Shown here: positions 59,201-64,000 of the stretch, piece after piece
Numbering within the stretch: position 1 is the stretch's first letter
How the letters are laid out: the number at the start of each line of letters is the position of its first letter
Assembly: GCA_019828565.1 (NCBI GenBank)
Contig: JAHDYR010000001.1
Coordinates: forward strand, 436,664 to 500,663
Reading direction: 5' to 3'
From: Carpediemonas membranifera BICM
Taxonomy: Eukaryota; Protista; Fornicata
DNA length: 64,000 nt
Program-made: the position numbers and the translations under genes
The notes under the pieces: model-generated
Database searches by the model: none
What the model saw: the letters and a program-made list of their open reading frames with translations, nothing else
What the model was told of the DNA's origin: nothing

Positions 59201-60768
59201 GGCGTGAATCCGGAAGAAGTGGGATGTGGAGGCCACTCTCGGAGAGATAACCGAGCGCGCGAAGCACGTCGCATCCAATGAGCACACGTTCAGTGGCGCG
59301 CGTCATGATGTAGAGGATGAGATCGACGATGACGTTTCCAGATGTGCTGGGCAACGTGATCCGCGCTTGGACGTAGTGAGTGATGAGGATGGGCTCATTG
59401 GTAACGGACTGAACAGTAAATGGCTTTTCAAGCTCATGTGTGACGAGTTGGAGCGTCTTAACGGAGGTTGTGGAGATGATCGTGATTGCGGAGCCGCTAT
59501 CGATCAATATCACCTGTTCTTGGTCATTCACAGCTCCCTTAACTGAGAATGCAGTTGAAGCGGCAACTTCTTCGATAAAGGCATCATCACAAGCATTGTG
59601 TGCGACTTCGACTTCGTGGACTCCTGGACGAGAGTTGATCAGCTTGGATCTGTCCCGGAGCACCATGTTCCCAGCGCGTCTCTCGTCGGGGCGAGGTTGT
59701 GGCTGCTGGGATGACTGTTGCTGCTGCTTCTGAGCAGCTGGTGCCGGCTGTGGCTGAGCCGGTTTGTTGGCCGCTTGGGGCTGGCGTTGCGGGCCGCGGC
59801 GGGGTGGCCTTTGGTAGCCTGGGGCTGTCCGGGCGTGCTGCCGCGGTGCGGGCAATCAGCCTTCCAGTGCATGCCTCCACAGGAGCACGCGTATGGAGGA
59901 GGGCGCCGGCGCTCGCGGCTGGATCTGGTGTTGGCGTTCTGGCTATGTTTCGGGCCAGTGCTGGAGCTCGTGATGGAGCTCGTGCTGGAGGATGTGATGG
60001 ATATGTCTTGAATCACGCTTCCGAGGACTTCACGGGCGTCAATGGCGTGCAGTATGAGCTCGCGCGTGTGCACAAATAAGCTATCGATGTCCCGGGCGCC
60101 AGAGAGGTCCCACTTTTGCTGAATACGGTTGGCAAGTGAGACCGGGCGAAGGGCGGCGATAAAAGCTTTGGCGATGATCTTATCGAGTCCGCGGGTGGGG
60201 CTGGCTTTTCTCGGGGTGTCCTGCTCACTCGGCGTGCTGTCTGGCTTCTGGGTGATGACCTTGCTGAGGGCGGCCTCGTCTTCATCCACCTCGGCGGCCT
60301 CGGGCTCTGGCTTGGCGCCGAGCTCGGCGTTGAGAAGGGCATGGGCGTGGGAGCGCAGCTCCTCGGTCTCAGCCATGAGACGAGATACGGCCTCGATCGT
60401 GGACTTGGTTCGGTCCTGCGTGAGGGCCCGGATTTCTTGGATGGTTTTCTCAAGGGTTCTCGGGAAAGAAAGAGCGGTGATTTCGGCGAGAAGTTCTGCG
60501 TCGTTGAGTGCTTCGACGTCGACGTTGCGGACAAATCGGACATGACTGACTTGATCCTCGGTGAGGCACTCGTAAGCCGTTATGACGGTTGTGGTAGGAG
60601 CATGCTTCTGCGCGAACGTGAGGGCGCGTTTGAACGCGCGAACGGACTCTCTAGAGAAGTCCGATAGTGATGGCGGAATCCAATTATTCATTTCGGAAAG
60701 TGATCACTGTGCCGGGGCGAAGAGATTGGAACATTTACATAAACTGCGGACGTGGATGCCTTATGACA
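56212..60768 (-). mobile_element. Ty3/gypsy chromovirus-like LTR retrotransposon Ty3-3
   Basis: Identical 61-bp LTRs (56212-56272, 60708-60768); TSD CGTC; PPT AAGGGGGGTAGGA. Confidence 0.95.
56265..60691 (-). CDS. Ty3-3 gag-pol (frame change near 59850); stop codon lies inside the 3' LTR
   Basis: CSCGGMHWKADC, LIDSGS, YIDD, ETDAS, DDE integrase, GPF, chromodomain TWEP. Confidence 0.93.
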
Positions 60769-61852
60769 CGTCTGAAACACGAACGGCGATGCGCGCCAGC
60801 CGAAGCCTAGCACTCTGTACTGAAACGCTCGTCCGTCTGGAAGATAGACTCCTAGCAGCTTGCGGTCCTCCCTTCCGTACTGGTACTTGATGGTACCCGG
60901 ACTTGAGGTCGAACTTGACCATCCAGTCGCCCCTCTGGAGAAGGGAGAGAGCTCTGCGCAGACCGTAGAGCCGGAAGGATGAGCGCTCTGCCGAGCAGTC
61001 GTTCAGTATCGTGAGGTTGTGAATGATCCTCTTCGACTCGCCCTTCGGCACAGTAAACAGCGAGGCGGTGTGTCGCAGGGAAGAGGGATTCACTTGCTCT
61101 ATGACGCCTGTCTCTATCAAGGAAGGAATCTGCTGGACAATGAATGGGTCGACTGTCGGCTGTTGCCTTGGTGCTGGTGGTTGACTTCTCAGACGGATCT
61201 CGACCCCGTATCGTAACCAGTTGATCACCCGTTGTGATGCTCCCAACCTCTGCCACTCCCCTCCACGCCGCGTTCATGCATGGAAAGAGGGTTAGGTGTG
61301 GGCTCTCTTGCCGGAGGATCCTGTCTGAGTGCGACCTCGGTCCTGAGCGCGGCCACCGCGGCGAAAATTAGCGTCGCGCTTATCGCCCTTAGACTTGGCG
61401 CGGGCCGCCAGTTCCAGGACCTCGTCGCGATCAGGCACGCCCTTCGCCTTGCAATAGTTCTCGAACCGCTCTGCAGTAGCGTCAGTGTACACGTCCTTGA
61501 TTAGAAGGTACTGGATTCTTGCAAAGAGAATGTTCTCGATCTCCTTCATCTTTGCGCCGTTCTCGATCCTATTCATGGTCTTGTATACGAATCTGGCCTC
61601 ATCTTCGAGGCCGAACCTCTTTGGCATCTCCAGGAACAGTGGACGGCGAGCTGCTTGCTGCTCCAAAATTGCTTCCGATTGTATCTTAACCAAGCGCTCC
61701 AGCTTCTCGATACGCTTGTTAAGCTCATCGGGACTGTCTTGCGGCGGCAGGTCTTCGTTATCAGACATCCTGCCGATGCGTTTCGAAGTGTGACCTAAAG
61801 TGCACATTGATCGGCGCGCGCAGGTGCCAGTGATGGTCCTGTGACAGGATCC

Positions 61853-62148
61853 TAGCATCCTAACTCATATCCAAATGGGGGGAATAATATTTACTCGGAT
61901 TTCCTGTCTCTCCGCGTAAATATTCAGCGTCTTCTTTCGTTTCCCGCGTTCCTCGCGAGACGAGGCAGGTCCGTCGTTCGTGACCCTCTGCCTTGGGCGT
62001 GCCCGTGTCTTCTTCGGGCATCTTTCGAATTCTGCCATATCCTGCACATCTGGTCGAATCAATCCAACGATCAATAGTCTCCGGCCCGCGCTCCCCGCGG
62101 GACCCTCCGACCCTCAGCACCCTGGGTGCCCTGGTCGAGTGCTGCTCG
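61853..62148 (-). mobile_element. Second copy of Mini-2 (lacks the last few terminal bases)
   Basis: Matches 44223-44518. Confidence 0.85.
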
Positions 62149-63760
62149 GAAGGCAGCGAGAACAGCGTCGGCATGGCGCGTCCGTGTGTCTAGAGGCTCG
62201 GGGCTTGTCGGGCGACAATCCAGGCGTGCTGGGGGACACTTTGATGACCTCGTCAAATCTCGGCAGAACATGTCCGAAAGCAGCAAAGGTGTCGCAAAAC
62301 GCAACAGGCCGCAAAGAGTAAGCAATATCAGCGCAAAAAGCAAGTTATTGCAGCTGGAACGCGCTGTAACCGTGCGATCCCAGCACGGCGATAGCGTTCC
62401 GAGCTTCAACCTGCCAATCATCGAAGATGAGGCAGTTGCCGCGCCAAAGAGAAGCAAAAACTCGTTCGTAAATACGAACTTCGTTCTTGCCGCCCATTAG
62501 CGAAGCAATGTCCTTCGCCCAGCCATTTGCGGTGTTGACCTTTCCATCCTGGCGAGCCCGGCGGCCGCAGCGGCCATCCAGTGACACTACTGCAGGTATA
62601 ACGGACACGTTCCAGTAAGCATACCTGTCCACCTTCGCTTTGTGCGAATCGTGGAAGTAGTTGGACACGACAACGTCGATGACAGTGGGGTTCTCACCTC
62701 TCTCGTTGTATGCGAAGATGTCGGCCCTGGAGTCGTTGAATGTGCTGTCGGGGTTCTTGGTGAGGCGGTCATTGTGGCGGAGCCAGTGCTCTGGCTGAGT
62801 GGGCACCCCGTTTGCCTTGAGCTCGGCAACAATGCTATCCTTGATGGCGTCGTGGCGCTTAGTGGTCTTGGTGTTGCCATGGAGGCACTTGCAGGACACA
62901 ACGTGTTCAGGGGTGGCAGCGCAGAGCTTCGGGGAGGCGCCCTCAACGACGCAGCCGTTGGCCGTATTCGTCACTGATCTCAGCGCACAAATAGGGCAGT
63001 ACCGCACATGCGGAACGAAGATCGGCAGACCCAGCTGCTTCCTAATGGCGGCCTGGAGGGGCCGGCCCGTCAGGTTAGTCGAAGGGTCGTGGTGCCGGAG
63101 GGGATCAAAGCTGATAGCCCTTCCGATGACATTCGGTTGCGCGGCGTCGACCGTTGTCTCCTTGGCAATATTGATCAGAAGTTTCTCCACCAAGATAGAC
63201 TGCGTCTTGCCGGGCAGTGCCAGAAGTTCATCCTTCGAGGCCGGCCAGCCATTGAAAATGCCATGGCACTCCCGCTCGACCGTGGCAAGGGTCGAAGAGA
63301 GCCCATAGTCCTCCCCGAGAGTCGCCAGCTGACGCACAGCACCCAAGCGCGCGCAGGGCCAGACAACTGTAGGGAGCTGGAGGGAGAGACCGCCTGCCTT
63401 CATGGGCAAGGCGAGGGTAAGCAGTCCCGAGGTTGGGATCTCGCGGTCGAGGATCTTCGAGAGGCAGCGCAGGAGGGGCCCCTCGCAGAAGGCCTGGGCG
63501 GCCGCAATGCATCCCCTGGGTCGGGTCGATGTTACGCATGACGTGTGACAGCTTCGGTAAGACGCAATATTTCACCATCGCGAGTGCAGGGCCCACGCCC
63601 GCTACTCCGACTGTGGCAATGAAATCGCTGAGGGCTTCAAGAGTTTCCTCAGCCTTCGTCAACATCTCAGACGTCTTCTTGATGACGTAGCCGTCCGGGC
63701 CGATGGGGACGCCGGTCACGACACGCTGCCCCTTCCGCTTGATGTGGCCGCGGCTCTCCG
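62149..63760 (-). mobile_element. RLE non-LTR family B (diverged relative of family A), 5'-truncated; CDS remnant 62345-63760
   Basis: Colinear with family A: VTGVPIG, CVLPK, GGL, CPICAL, KRHD, RADIF, IDVVVSN, IPAVVSLDG. Boundaries approximate. Confidence 0.85.
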
Positions 63761-64000
63761 TGGTTGGCGGTGGTTCCATCTACCGAAAACCCTTAAATCC
63801 ACGACATCATGGCACTCTTGTCCGGGTTGGGCGCCAGCCGGATCTGGGCGGTTTAGTTCTTTCGGGATCCTGCGGCCGCTAGGTCATGCTGGCAGCCGGA
63901 CACCGTATCAGAATCGTACCAGAACTGATCCCAGACGCGACTATCATGATGGTGTTGTTTGTCCAGGTAATCTTTGACCTTAGCAATTTGTTTTAACTGA

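Larger units (their letters stand above)
52347..61848 (-). mobile_element. YR-B: second DIRS/PAT-like element, about 3.4 kb after removing two LTR insertions
   Basis: gag 61292-61768; RT-RH split by both insertions and restorable (VFQT|ITNQL..VYLDD; STDASGVKWG|AAV); YR; ATCC at both ends. Confidence 0.88.

Noticed and set aside
5380-63500. Most frameshifts in TE ORFs as programmed frameshifts or proof of inactivity
   Set aside because: Many sit in G/C homopolymers and differ between near-identical copies, as expected for long-read consensus errors; undecidable without reads.

Overview
Eukaryotic DNA from a compact, GC-rich microbial genome; a 28-nt GT-AG intron supports this, but the organism cannot be named from sequence alone. 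Host content: the 3' part of a DRS1/DDX27-like DEAD-box helicase, a heavily deleted beta-tubulin relic, an MDR-family oxidoreductase, a giant FG-GAP/Cys-rich type I membrane protein gene with an 858-bp tandem array, a truncated SMC-like gene and one tRNA-Leu(AAG). About 70% of the window is young, nested retroelements. (i) Five Ty3/gypsy-type families have tiny LTRs (61-96 bp where paired). Each has a perfect 10-14 bp palindrome, not a tRNA primer-binding site, next to its 5' LTR. (ii) An APE-type LINE of about 8.4 kb. (iii) A tandem array of a restriction-like-endonuclease non-LTR element inserted exactly at the tRNA-Leu 3' end, with a 12-bp TSD. (iv) Just downstream, a head-to-tail chain of DIRS/PAT-like tyrosine-recombinase retroelements and mini-derivatives with no visible terminal repeats, joined through ATCC cores inside att-like inverted arms. 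Many frameshifts lie in homopolymers and may be sequencing errors.
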